A stretch of 51,080 nucleotides of DNA, filler included, from Trypethelium eluteriae (Eukaryota), in assembly GCA_051942245.1 (NCBI GenBank). It is 2 parts of 2 records of this genome, joined end to end, with 100 filler letters (N's around TTAATTAATTAA, not from the genome) between each part and the next. Parts side by side here need not be neighbours in the genome. Positions count along the whole stretch, not along the records: positions 25,596 to 51,080 come from JAVECL010000371.1; 1 more part is not named here. The stretch is one strand, 5' to 3'. The notes under the pieces are model-generated. The model saw only the letters and a list, made by a program, of their open reading frames with translations. It was not told the origin of the DNA and did no database searches. Position 1 is the stretch's first letter. The number at the start of each line of letters is the position of its first letter. Positions 38,470-50,320 of this stretch are shown piece by piece. Position numbers and translations under genes: made by a program.

Positions 38470-41409
38470 TTCGGCCCCTCAAGATGCATGCTCATGCAGG
38501 AGGGCACCGTTGTTGAAAAGCATGTTTGGAAATGGAAGCGCGGGTCTGCCAATATTCCGAGGTGTTGATCCCCGGGAAAGACCCCGCTGCGCCGACGGCA
38601 AGGAGGCTAACCCAATCCTTGTCATCAGTGCTATCTTCTATAGAGCCTCCGTTCCGGAGCGACTGGACATAACATTTTACGATTCGAAAGGTGATCAGGA
38701 TGCTTTGCCTCAGCGGACGAAGCCACATTCCCGCTGTGCCGCAATACTCGGGGTCATCTGAGCACAGCACGAATTAAAGGGCATGCAATTATCATCTATG
38801 GTCTCCTTCTCCACACTGCGCCGCTTGCTCGCATTAGCACAATCCGCTACCTTGTGCCTCACACTATCATTCTAGAAAGTCGCATGCAGTTACTGTTTAG
38901 AGCGCGTACATGCGCTGACTTCATTTCAGTCTGCATATTTGTCCAGGGTCAGCCCGCTGACTCCTGGCTCGCTGGCTGCGTGTAAAAGCGTCGTAGTGCG
39001 ACAGAAGCGCACCAGGGCGTCAAGCTCCCGCTTCTCCGTCCCTGGCGCTTGGGAACCCAGGAGGCTCCGGAAGAATACATCTAATGCATCGATATGCAAA
39101 ATATGTTGCAGTGGATAAGTCGTACAGTATGGTTGATGCATCCGCCAGCCGAACTACAGATGTTTGCTGCAATCCATGTTTGTAGTGGGCACGGTAATAA
39201 TCTCCTGCATGACTTCAGCCTGTAAGCGCCGTAAGCTCCAGGTCAGTCGGAAGAATAGTGCAGTTTGTTGGTCGAGGACAGCCGAGGAGGCGGGCCGCGA
39301 CTGGGCGATAGATGGAGCGCAGGATTGTCGGGCTGCTACAACGGTGTGAATGGATAGGCCACGTTTGACAAGCGAAGGAGCGCGCCGGGCGATTGAATAG
39401 GGCCATGGACGAGCACACCTCGCAACGTCCTCTTGAGACTCTTCTGGGATGCAGATGGGAGCTGGTCGTTGGGCCTGCACGATCGCTCATCGAACCACCA
39501 TACAGGTTGCAGCACATGTCTCACTGACAAGGGCGGGCACGGCGGACGTGCGTGTCATGGGTCCGATTTGCATTAGCCGCCAAAAGCGAGGCGGCGCCTA
39601 CCATGTAGCACTGCCAGATGTGGTCCTCGACCCTCTTCTGGCGCACCACATCTGGGCAAGCTGAGCGACAGACTCGTCTTGCTCGCTTTGCCAGATGGAG
39701 GATGAGAGCGTCATCCGCCGACCAATCGAAGGGAAATCGCAGCATGGAGTCAACGGTAAGAAAGCGTCACCTCCTCATTAACGACGGGTTAAGGTGGGGG
39801 GTGGTCCCAGGCGCTCGGGTCCGTAGATCCTATTCTTTTTACCTACCGCAGCGTGCGAAGGTCGGCAACCTTGCGAGTGGCATCGCCACGTCCACCTCGC
39901 TCGCAACCGAATGACGATGAGGGCTAGCGGATGAAGTCTTGGGTGCCTTGCCTGTCGACCTAGCAAACTCAAATTCCGCAGAATGAGGAATTGCCCCTGG
40001 TTGCTGGCCACGAGGATGCATGCGGCGCAGTTGAAGGTGTTTGCGAACAGACGATCGCCGTGATGCTGGCCCACGATCATGATTTGACCGAGGACGAAGA
40101 GCACTCGCGACGTTCGATGCGTGCAGAAGCTCCGGTGCGATGCACGGGGAGAATGCAGGCCTCTCAGTGGTAGAGGGGGGATGGCAGGATGGGCAGCGAT
40201 GGCATATATGGAACCGATGGTACCATCTCCTGCTGCGGGTGCCGCCTCTTTATCGCTTTCCCAGGAGACGGCCGATGCTGCCAGGTGAATAGGCTTTGCG
40301 CCCGTCTGGACACGGTGTGAGGCACCGTAGGCAGGCGAGCATGAAACGTCGTCGGATGGGCGAAGCATGCGTCTTCTTTCCCTTTCCTGGCGCCGGCCCA
40401 CGGCTACCCCGGGTTCGCTGCAGCCATTGCGCGCGGGGCTGCGGGTGCTGATTGGCCGCTCACAATCCCTGCAGGTGCTCGGGCAGCGCTGGGGTCTGTC
40501 CGCGCAGCGTTGCCGCCCGCACGCGGCCAATGACAGCCGACGAGGGCAATGAGGTCAGCTTGGCTGGCCGACAACGCACCTGAACGGGCTTGGGTCTTCA
40601 CGGCGCTAATATTCCGCGCGGCAGCTGGTGCAGTGAGCCCTGCCGACCTCGACCGCGCACTCGTCCTATCTGCCTTCCTTGGCTTTACATACCCTTGACC
40701 ATCCTGCACTTTTCTCCCACACCTCACAATCGCTCCTCCTCGCCGCCTATACAAAGACCGTTTGCCTGCCATTTTTCTCCAGATTTTCGCCCAGCACTGT
40801 GTTCAGCTACCGCAGTCATCCTTTCCGCGGCTGCGTTTCGCCGCGTCGTCAGCCGAGTGATCCGCCTGTTCCTGACAGCTACCACCCCGCCGGCGCCTGG
40901 CTCCAAAGAATTACACCCAGATACTGGAAAGATATTCCGAATTAGCCTCCGCTGCCTGAACGGTGCTTGCACGACATTTCCGTCTATTCGCCTATTCTGT
41001 GAACCCCATTGGCACTGAACCGTTCACCACCGGTTACGCGCTTAGCTCGCAACTAGCCGCGATATTTACTACATCAAGGAAAATCATCTGAGCAAGCCAC
41101 GCGCCCACACCACAAAAAATTTGCAGCGGCAACAGTGGAAATTGAGCTCATGGTGGCTTGAATATCAGGAGAAGCCATTGCAGGGCCCTGGAATTGTTTT
41201 TATAAAAAAAACTGAAATATCATTTCGACCATCAGATATTTTGCAGATCGGTTTATTGAGGACCGCTTTCGACCATTTTTAATCACGTTGATACATTGCT
41301 CTCTGGTCTACCTTGATTGTTAAACAAGAGGATTATATCTCCCACCCAATTTATCTGCCCAAGCTGGTCTCAACACCAAGCAATATTTGGACAATAATTA
41401 CCTTCTATC

Positions 41410-43618
41410 ATGGGGTCCATGACCGAATCTCGGCCAACCAACGGACAGGATTTTTCGGAAAATGACAACGGCCGCGAGTCATCAGCCAACGGCTTCACTG
41501 CCGTAAACGGCCGAATCTCACCTGAGCAACACCCAAAGAGCCATTCTTCGGATAAACGCCGACGCAATGAGACTTCAAATAGTGCTGAGTCAGCATCTAG
41601 CTCACAACACTCAAAAGATTGGAGCCGTCAAAGCAATGGCATGTCCAAGTCTGAGAGCATTTCGCCGACAGATTCTCGATCAGAATACCTGAATGGCAGC
41701 CCCAAAAAGCGGAAAAGATCTGATTCTGACGAAAGTGATGAGTCTGAAGTCCCCAAATTTGACGGTTACCAAGATACCAGGCAATATCAAGAACCGTCGG
41801 ACTCTGGTCTGGGCCGGGATTCACCAGATAGCCAAAGGAATGGAAGCCGATATGGAGATGAACAGACACGAACGGCTTCAGGCCAGTCACATCCGGATTA
41901 TAGACCTCCAGAGCTTTCCAATTACAGAAATATGGAAAACGATTCTGGTTATGGCCAACAAGGTCAACCAAGCCCTCAGTCTGATAGTCATATAGCAGAA
42001 GCTCTCCAGCGAGAGAACCAGAGTCATGTACCACAACATATCCAATTCCAGCCAGGGATGCCCTTGGCGAATGGTGTGCAGACTGCTCCCCCAAAGAGTA
42101 GAACAGGACCAGAGAGGCCGCCAGTCATTCAAATTGACAAGAAACGGAAGAGAGTTTTCAGCAATCGGACGAAAACAGGATGCCTCACTTGTCGGAGCCG
42201 CAAGAAGAAGTGTGACGAGACCAAGCCTGCTTGTGACAACTGTGTCCGTGGTGGCTTTCACTGTGCAGGATATGCCACCAAGCCCGCATATGCAAAACCG
42301 CCTTTTACGAATAAGCCGGTGCCGTTGCAATCAAAGGATGGGTATCCTGAACAGCCCAACATGCAGCAAGGGTAAGTACATGAAACCTCCTAATGCGATG
42401 TCACGTGATGGAGAGCACCAATTTTTTATTGTCCCAAGAGTCCTAAGCCCTACCAAGGATGAATCTTGTACAGCCGGCTGACAATACATCAATAGAACTT
42501 CCCAACAGCCACAGTATCGAGATTCTGCCCCTCAGCAAATGGTTGACGGGCAGAGGACAAGACCAATAATGGTTGAAGAAGAACGCGACCATCACAATTC
42601 AAGAACGTCATGGCAATCTCAAACATGGTCGGATCAGAGTCAGCAACAGGCGCCTCCATATTATACAGACAACATTCCTCGAGACACTTATTCTGCTGGC
42701 CCTCCCATGCCGGAGACACCTCGCGATCATCAACCACCTCAACCTCGGGATTATCATGTTCCTCCACCCATGGCCAGACCAATGTCTCATGGGACCAGGT
42801 ACGATTCACGGGAATCTCAATATCCAATCTTCGCTAACAGAACATCCAATTGTAGCTCCCAACAAGCTGTCACCGCCCAACTCGCCCTCCAGCATACTGC
42901 TACCTCCGGTCCCCCACCACCAGCACCCCAAACACGCCAACACCGCTCCGAAAAGGATAAGATGCTTGCCGCCGAACCTCATCTTCCCTTCTGCACGCAG
43001 CTCGTCGAGGAGCGCGAGATGTGCAAGTCCGCCCTCTGGCGCTTCAATAACAGCACCAACCCCAATGTCGGCGTCAGTCGGGAGGAACGCGCACGCCTCT
43101 TCCGGGCCATCGTCGAGCCCGCGTTCTTACGGACCCAAGGACCTCCCGGCCCCGCGAATCCGATTGGCAGCGTGGGGCGCGAAGTCTGTGTGGAGGCGCC
43201 GTTCAATTGTGACTACGGGTACAATATCAATATTGGCGATTACACCGTCATCGGCGCGAACTGCACAATCATGGATCCGTGCACCATCACGATAGGGTCT
43301 GGGTGCGTCATCGGGCCGAATGTGAGTATCTTTGGGATGAGCATGCCAATTGATCCGCGAAGACGGAATGGATCGAGAGGGCATGCGGTTGGGAGCAGGG
43401 TGACGATTGGGGACAACTGCTATATTGGCGGAGGAGCGATCATTTTGCCGAAGGTCACGATTGGGAAGAACTCTACGGTGGGTGCGGGCTCGGTTGTCAC
43501 CAGAGTAAGTCTATCTTTCTAATTGATGTGTGATCGCTCTGTTAACATGTAACTGCAGGACGTCCGTGACAACACTGTCGTCGCTGGTAATCCGGCGCAC
43601 TTTCAACGTTACGCTTGA
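41410..43618 (+). CDS. Zn(II)2Cys6 protein fused to a C-terminal maltose/galactoside O-acetyltransferase (Mac plus hexapeptide-repeat) domain
   Basis: RTKTGCLTCRSRKKKCDETKPACDNCVRGGFHC; SEKDKMLA, VEAPFNCDYGYNINIG, VTIGDNCYIGGGAIILPKVTIG...VGAGSVVTR|DV...VVAGNPA; introns about 42372-42496 and 43505-43558. Confidence 0.9.
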
Positions 43619-44812
43619 GGCATCTTCGGGTCCTGCGTAAAATGCAGCCGGGCTGCTTGAATCTTTTCCTCTGATAGATGATTCCAAAGAAAGCAGACTG
43701 GCTTTCTCACCGCCTTCGATTGGCTCGAAGTGTCTTGACTCGAAGAGATGAATATAACTATTTTGTATTTACTCTGCTGGATTGCCTTCGATTTGCTCGC
43801 TTGGGCTTTAATGGATCTGCCTACGGCACTGTACAAAGTTGTTGACGGCATTGTTCTCAGGTACTGGCCTTGACGTTGTTGAAGCTTATAGGTAGCATCA
43901 TTTGTCGCTACTTGACAAAATCGATCCCTATTGACTATTTGCTGATCCCTTAGCAGTCAAGTTCGCTATGGTACGTGTAAGAATTCGAAAGCTGTTACCT
44001 ATAAATTAAGATCCGAGAGAAACATGAGGAGTCTCCACAGTAGCAAGCGGCACTCAGGCCAGACTAAGCGAAGGATGTAATCCTAGAAAGACGAACCATA
44101 AGGCGCTTGCAATTTGTCCTTCCCAACTCCTTACGTGAAGAGAGTCACCATTCCTTCGTAACCTCCTATGTCTGCTATCGAACTCTGCAGCTAATTAATA
44201 GTGTCTAAGGGCAATATGGTTCAGAACGACTTGCGGGGATGTACGCGGAAGCGATCCGTAAATCAGGTATGTAAGTACTGAGAGGGGAGAATAGCAGATG
44301 CTAGGTACGGTCAGCGGACGTTCTGTAGGTAGCAACTGGGATGTCGCGTTAGAATCACAGTAATGGCTTGGATCCCTTCTCACATGTGTTTGTAGGTTCC
44401 GGTGATATCAAAGACTCGTGTTCGCTTTTCGACTGAGCTTGGCGGACTGGTTGACATCATGTGTGCAGATAGAAGTGGGAAATGATGGCATCAATCTTTA
44501 ACACATTCATACACCTTTCGGCCTCTTCACTTCTCAATACACAAAATGCTCCTGCGCTTCGGGTAGTGCAACTCACTTCCCAAAGTGTCGGAGCTGCCGG
44601 GAGATGTCACCTGTTTCCGTATCCTTTTTCCTGCAGCCTTATCTTCAACAGTATACTCTTTTCCAGTCTGTCCTTTTACCTACCTTGCCTCCGTACTTGC
44701 TCTCGCCACTGATCTGCAAGTTGGTCTGTCTGGACAGTTCTGGCCCCTTTCATTTCGAATTCTACTCGATTCACGCCTCGTCGCTTCGGGTAGCTAACTA
44801 ATATTGTCGACT

Positions 44813-45968
44813 ATGGCAATCATATCGAGCGTCCCTGGCATTGAAGTGGCTGTGACCGTCGACGGCAGCGACGTCAAGGAGTACACAGATCCAGATCTAG
44901 CCGAAGAGCCCAACGTCGTCACTAAATACATTGAAGTCTCAAGCGAATGCGAATTCGGTCTTCGTTTTCTTGTTCTGCGCGGCACGCACTTCAAGAAGAA
45001 GGCCATGTCCTTCAACGTCTATGTTGATGGTCAATGAGCTTTAGGTCGGCTCATTGGGAAAAAAGATACCATTGATGACGATGGAAGCGCGACAGAGCTC
45101 GGTAGGCCAATTTCGGACACTGAAGACCAGAAGTTCAGGTTTGCCACTTTGAAAACCAGTAAGCATAAAAAACAGAGTTTCGATTGATCTGGTACTTTCT
45201 GAAAGCTTGTAGCAAATGCAAACGACCACTCTCCTGTGCACGAGCGTGAGCAAGTCAAGAAGCTTGGTACAATCGAAATTATTGTCGAACACAGACAGCA
45301 ATTTGGCCTCAAAAAACCTTCTTCATTTGCCCAGCAGGACCTTGGCATCCTCTCCGAAGTACTCTCCGAGAAATCACTGAAAGGACAAAGCTTGTCTCAA
45401 AGTGTCTCGTAAGTAATATTATATTGCGGTCTTAGTGGTTTCACTAAGACTTCGCAGTTATGGGGAAACAGTGTCTTCCGGCGGTAGATATTACCAGAAA
45501 AAGACTTACGGACCTCCTATTGCTCGGTTCGTGTTTAAATACAGGAGTCCTGGTACTTGGTCTCAATACCCATCTTGACTCCTTCTAATGATATGGCAGA
45601 TGCTCTGAAGGCTTTGATGATCATCAAGCGTACGCCGTCGCCGAGCACACTTGAGGAAATGCCTCTAGACGAGCTGACTCTTGACCAAATGAGGCAATTA
45701 CTTGGCCGTCAACGCGTAAGCTAAGAGGCAAACAATTCCACCCTTCCTGAATAACCAGAAGCAGGCAAGAGACGGAGCTGCCGCCGGAGTCAAACGCGAA
45801 CGCTCTGAAGAGGGCAGCCCTAACGATACACCCGAGCAGAAGCGGACACGGCGCTCCACCAGTACGGCATATCTGGAGATCGACGATAATGGCGATTTCG
45901 TAGAGACTCCACCGCCCCCTTCGAAGCGTACCAATGAGGCTGCGGAAATTGTCCAGGTCGATGACTGA
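44813..45968 (+). pseudogene. Fungal hypothetical protein (DUF7918-like) with an in-frame premature TGA
   Basis: MAIISSVPGIEVAVTVDG..VKEY, KYIEV, KFRFATL, LGTIEI, SEKSLKGQSLS and FVFKYRS..ALKALMII blocks. TGA at 45035-45037 lies within exon 1 and the frame stays open after it to the GTAAGC donor. Confidence 0.6.
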
Positions 45969-46433
45969 TATGTAGCGTTGGGACTTCAGAACGTGATACC
46001 GTGGGCTGGCATATGTCGCTGTTGCTTGTTCTTGACGTGTGCATAGGCAGACGACACAATGGCTTGGCGCGATGAATTGTCTTTTTTAAGCGGCGAAGCT
46101 CTTCAAGCCCATGCAAGGGAGACACAATGCGGCTGCTCTTTTCATCTACACAAGATACAAGTAGGTCGACACTGATTTGCGGATCTGTCGTTCGCTCTTT
46201 CTTTTCCCAGCGATATCAGCGGAATCCTCACTGAATGCGGCCTATCTAGAACTTCGGCTAAATCCTCTGATATTGCTGCTACGATGCTTGTTAGCAAGGA
46301 AGACTGCTCTTGATGCTACATTTACGATATGGCGGATAGTAGCGCGTCTACAAATAGTTGGGAGGCATAGTTCATAGAAATCGCTGCTCATTATTGCTTT
46401 GCTAAAGGTTGACTTGCTCAGTGCAATCAGTTG

Positions 46434-48032
46434 TCATACCAAATGATCTGCTTTCACACGTATCCTGCCGTCTCTAATAACCCCAACACTAGCGCTAGCT
46501 TCGCCTGTCATCCAACCAGGCAGTCTCTTTCCATCAATGACGCCTTTCTCGGCTAGCTGTCGCAAGCCTGCGAATACATGCGATCCCTGAAAGCTTAGCC
46601 GCACATCTGGTATCCATTCATCATTGTCCAATGCTTCGACTGCTTCTTGATCTTCCTCTCTTGTCGACTTATCCAACAGCGATGGGCGTGGCTTTCGTCC
46701 GACTTTCTTGCATTCAGCAGTAGTGCTCGATTCTTGCTGTGAAGGTCTTCGACCGCCGGCAGCAGCCTCAACTTCCGCACCTGCTCCTACACGTACTACC
46801 GGAAATGGATCATCCAATCGGACATCCAACCGCTCAATGCCTGTACCATCATCTGGGAGCCCTGAGTTTCCAAAACGCCCCTCTGCCACTAACTTCCTTC
46901 TCTTGGCATCTGGAGACTCCTGACGCCCCAAGAAGGCTCTCTTCTGCTGCTGCACTTCACCCTCCACACGATTCTCCTTGTCCTCATCCTCACCGTGCGC
47001 TTCCTCCAGCTTTCGTCTCCTCCTCTCTTCTTTCCTCTCTTCTTCCCGACGAAAGTCTAGCACACTCCCGCACGCCTCCAAATCCGCGAAGATCCCCCAT
47101 CCCCCCTGCGCGCAGTTCATCCCGTCCTTGCCCCTCATCTGCAGTAAAGCGGGCAAGCTCTTGGTGGTCAGGCTTGTGGGATCGAGCTTGTAACGCTCCT
47201 GTGGTCGCGAAAGAGCCTTCGGGACCGCGCCGATGATAACTTTGCGAAGGGAGTGAGATTCATTCGTGGACGTCGGCATAGAGAAAGAGGTGTGGGAGAC
47301 GTAGACGTAGGGGGCGCCGTCAGGGAAGGCGAGGAAGAGGGTGCGGGAAGAAGGAGATGCTTTGTTGAAAGTTGATTGTAGGGAGCGTTGGGTATTGTAA
47401 GGAGAGTCGTGGATATAGATACGGAGGAAGGTAAGGGGAAGCGAGGGATCTGAGGGCCGAGTGAGGTGGTAATGGGCCTTTGTAATGGGGGAAATTTCGC
47501 GTTGAAGGTTGTTGAGGAAGGTGGGTGCATGAAAGCGCGGGAGAGTGGCTCCTGTGACTTTTTCGGTATGAGGAATTATTGTGTTGTCTGAGGTGCTAGA
47601 CTTGAGTTTGCTGAGACGTAATGCTGTCCAGCGTTGACCGGTTGGATGATCGACCAGATATTGAGCTTCCGCCATGGCCAATTGATAAAGTGTGAGGCCA
47701 TGTCGCCAATCGCCTTCCACTATACGATCTACAACTTCTCTTTTGGTGCCTTTCCGCGCGTGGAGCTCCTCGTAAATCTCTGTTAGCTCGTCAATGCTGT
47801 GAGCCGACAGATAGGGCGCATTCTCTTCATCGTGGTCATCTGTGTATGCGTGAAGAAATGGTGTACAATATGGCCTATTTGCATCTCTTAGCCACTCCAG
47901 AGCAAGATTTATCAATGACGGTCTGGAGAGGCGAAGTAGAGTCTTCAATACGTCGCGTGAGGCTGGTGGTAGGCGATGCGTATGAGGTAAAGGGGCATTC
48001 GTAGGTACCGCGAGTCTCGATCGAGGAGCCAT
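46434..48032 (-). CDS. CHL4: Kinetochore protein CENP-N/Chl4/Mis15
   Basis: LLRLSRPSLINLALEWL, KREVVDRIVEGDWRHGLTLYQLAM, PKALSRPQERY.L, GGWGIFA and FQGSHVFAGLRQL.E.G.IDG.RLPGWMTGE. Confidence 0.88.
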   Translation of the reverse strand: MAPRSRLAVPTNAPLPHTHRLPPASRDVLKTLLRLSRPSLINLALEWLRDANRPYCTPFLHAYTDDHDEENAPYLSAHSIDELTEIYEELHARKGTKREVVDRIVEGDWRHGLTLYQLAMAEAQYLVDHPTGQRWTALRLSKLKSSTSDNTIIPHTEKVTGATLPRFHAPTFLNNLQREISPITKAHYHLTRPSDPSLPLTFLRIYIHDSPYNTQRSLQSTFNKASPSSRTLFLAFPDGAPYVYVSHTSFSMPTSTNESHSLRKVIIGAVPKALSRPQERYKLDPTSLTTKSLPALLQMRGKDGMNCAQGGWGIFADLEACGSVLDFRREEERKEERRRRKLEEAHGEDEDKENRVEGEVQQQKRAFLGRQESPDAKRRKLVAEGRFGNSGLPDDGTGIERLDVRLDDPFPVVRVGAGAEVEAAAGGRRPSQQESSTTAECKKVGRKPRPSLLDKSTREEDQEAVEALDNDEWIPDVRLSFQGSHVFAGLRQLAEKGVIDGKRLPGWMTGEASASVGVIRDGRIRVKADHLV

Positions 48033-48843
48033 ATCCAAAATTAAGGGGAAATAAATTCAACGGCTTAAGAGAGTATACATAAACATCGCACCAGTGTAGG
48101 GACACGCGATCATGGCTGCCGCGATAACGCGCCCTCACGTGCGGCACTAAACAAAGAGGACCCCCACGGTGAGACCTCGGCCGAACAAGTGCCGGACTCA
48201 ATGCAGACGGCTCGACAGGCTCACAAAGCCTTCATTGGCGGCAAAAGCGGCTTCATTATTACGAATTCGCAGCACGTTAGGAATCCATCTACGCAAGCCT
48301 TCCTCACGTGGAAACCTCAATTCATCATGGAAAGGCGCCCTACTCAGGATTCCCATTCTGTAATAATATCGCCGCATCCGTCCAACCGATCAGCCACGTT
48401 GATCTCCTCGCGATAAAAAGCAATTTGTGGCAGCACAACGCGCGGGGAAGGCCTCACTAAAGCACCAAAGCGTGGGGAGCAGTCGACAAAGGTAACGGGT
48501 TATTAATCCGCGGCCCCCTTTAGCCCCGCCATCCATATCTCATCGAAACTACCGGATTAACGAACCACTCTCTCCCCCCCATCAGAACCTCTGCATCACG
48601 TCTTCGGCCATTTTCTGGAGGACGCATTTTTCTATCACAACCATTTGGGAGTGGAGAATTTTGGGTGGTCGGATTGAGCACGGCGTCTCAGAAGAGGCCA
48701 CAAAAGTTGGGACAGATCACGACACCAACGGATCCTCTGCGTCATCGAGGCGACATTAATTCAACATCACTTCCGGGGATTCTAGCTTCGAAAATTCAAC
48801 AGAGGGCATAAGAAGGAAGCGCAAATTCCCTTCAGCGACCGTC

Positions 48844-49860
48844 ATGGCTGGCTACGGCGGTCGCAGGGCACCAAACGTCTCTGAGTATATTCGCACTTTA
48901 AATCAACTTCCATCCGCCGCCGACATAGCTGCTCAACAAAGCCCTGCTGGCTTCGAAGGACTCGACGAGGATCTTGCGCCATTCGTAAACACTGAGTTCT
49001 TTGACTATGATGCTGGCGAGATGACAAACCCGGCAATGTCGATGGGTTTTGGTCCTGGACAAACGAGACCCGAGAACGCGTCGGGACCGGGCAATAACAA
49101 CACCTTTGACTTCCTCAACAGTGAGTGCCCCATTGGATAACGTTCTATCACTGCTTCGATTTTCCTGCGTTGAGGGAAGGGATGTTCATGCAGGGTGATC
49201 TCTCTGACTCCGCGCCGGACGCATCACGCCATAACCCGTGATGTGCCTTGCATTCTACCCGCCTCCTCCAACTATGAATGTAGGTCTAACTAACCGTACG
49301 ACTTAATAGCCGACTACCAATTCAATGAGTTTCCTGACCTTCCGACCGTTCAACCTGATGCTTCCGCTGCCGCCATTGCCGCCCACGGCAACGGCTTCCC
49401 GCATCAATTCAACTCTCCCACTGATGCGACTGGATCCTCTGCATCCTCGCCAGTAAACCAATACTCACAAGGCACCAAACGCAAAGCATCAGAAGTCATG
49501 AGTCCTCCGACCGGTACAGCTCTCGAGGAGACATCCCGGCTTGCTGCCGAGGAAGATAAACGACGCCGTAACACCGCCGCTTCTGCTCGCTTCCGTGTCA
49601 AAAAGAAGCAACGAGAACAAGCGCTCGAAAAGACTGCCAAAGACATGACTGAAAAAGTGAATGCCCTTGAGGCTCGTATAAGTCAGCTAGAGATGGAGAA
49701 TAAGTGGTTGAAGGGACTCATCACGGAGAAAAACGAAGCTAGAGATGGTGTTGGCGAGCTGAAGGAGAAATACAAAGCCGGAAAGGAGGCTGAAAAGATC
49801 GAACGGAGTCTTGACACGCGCAAAGATGGTGTGGGTACTTTGAAGACTGAGAAGGCATGA
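48844..49860 (+). CDS. metR: bZIP sulfur-regulatory transcription factor MetR/Cys-3
   Basis: N-terminal GRRAPNVSEYIRTLN and F.NTEFFDYD; bZIP AAEEDKRRRNTAASARFRVKKKQREQALE...LEMENKWLKGLITEK; intron 49121-49309. Confidence 0.88.
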
Positions 49861-50320
49861 CCTTCTCAACCCAAATGGAATCACATGTGTGCATGACTTG
49901 TTTTGCGTTCCTCCAGTACATAATGTTTGAGATATCTGTCTTATATTACTGGACTTTCAAGTAATGAACTATTTCTAAGTTGCCCGGGTTTGGCATTCAA
50001 TGGGTAACACACTTGTCGCGCTTGACAATGCTGCGCGAGGTTCGTCTCTATTGAGCGAGGCTATGGGGTTCTTGATATGGTCTGATATGGTCTTACCATC
50101 TGTACTACCTGTGCGGTTACCGTTCCAGCAAGTCGGCACTATACTCCGATCTCGACAACTGGATCTCCCCACATCGTCAAACTTTTGAAGTCCTCGGGGT
50201 GCCTTTCTACCGACAAAGTACACCCTGCACCAATGAAATGTAGATCAATTTTTTGTATTAAAGGCGGGCTACGCCCTGCCTATGTCCGCAGTCAGATCGC
50301 TTTCTTACTTTACAAGTGCT

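Noticed and set aside
39778..41018. 250-aa and overlapping ORFs in the GC-rich intergenic region
   Set aside because: Arg/Ala/Pro-rich, non-ATG starts, no domain; typical spurious ORFs in a GC-rich promoter.
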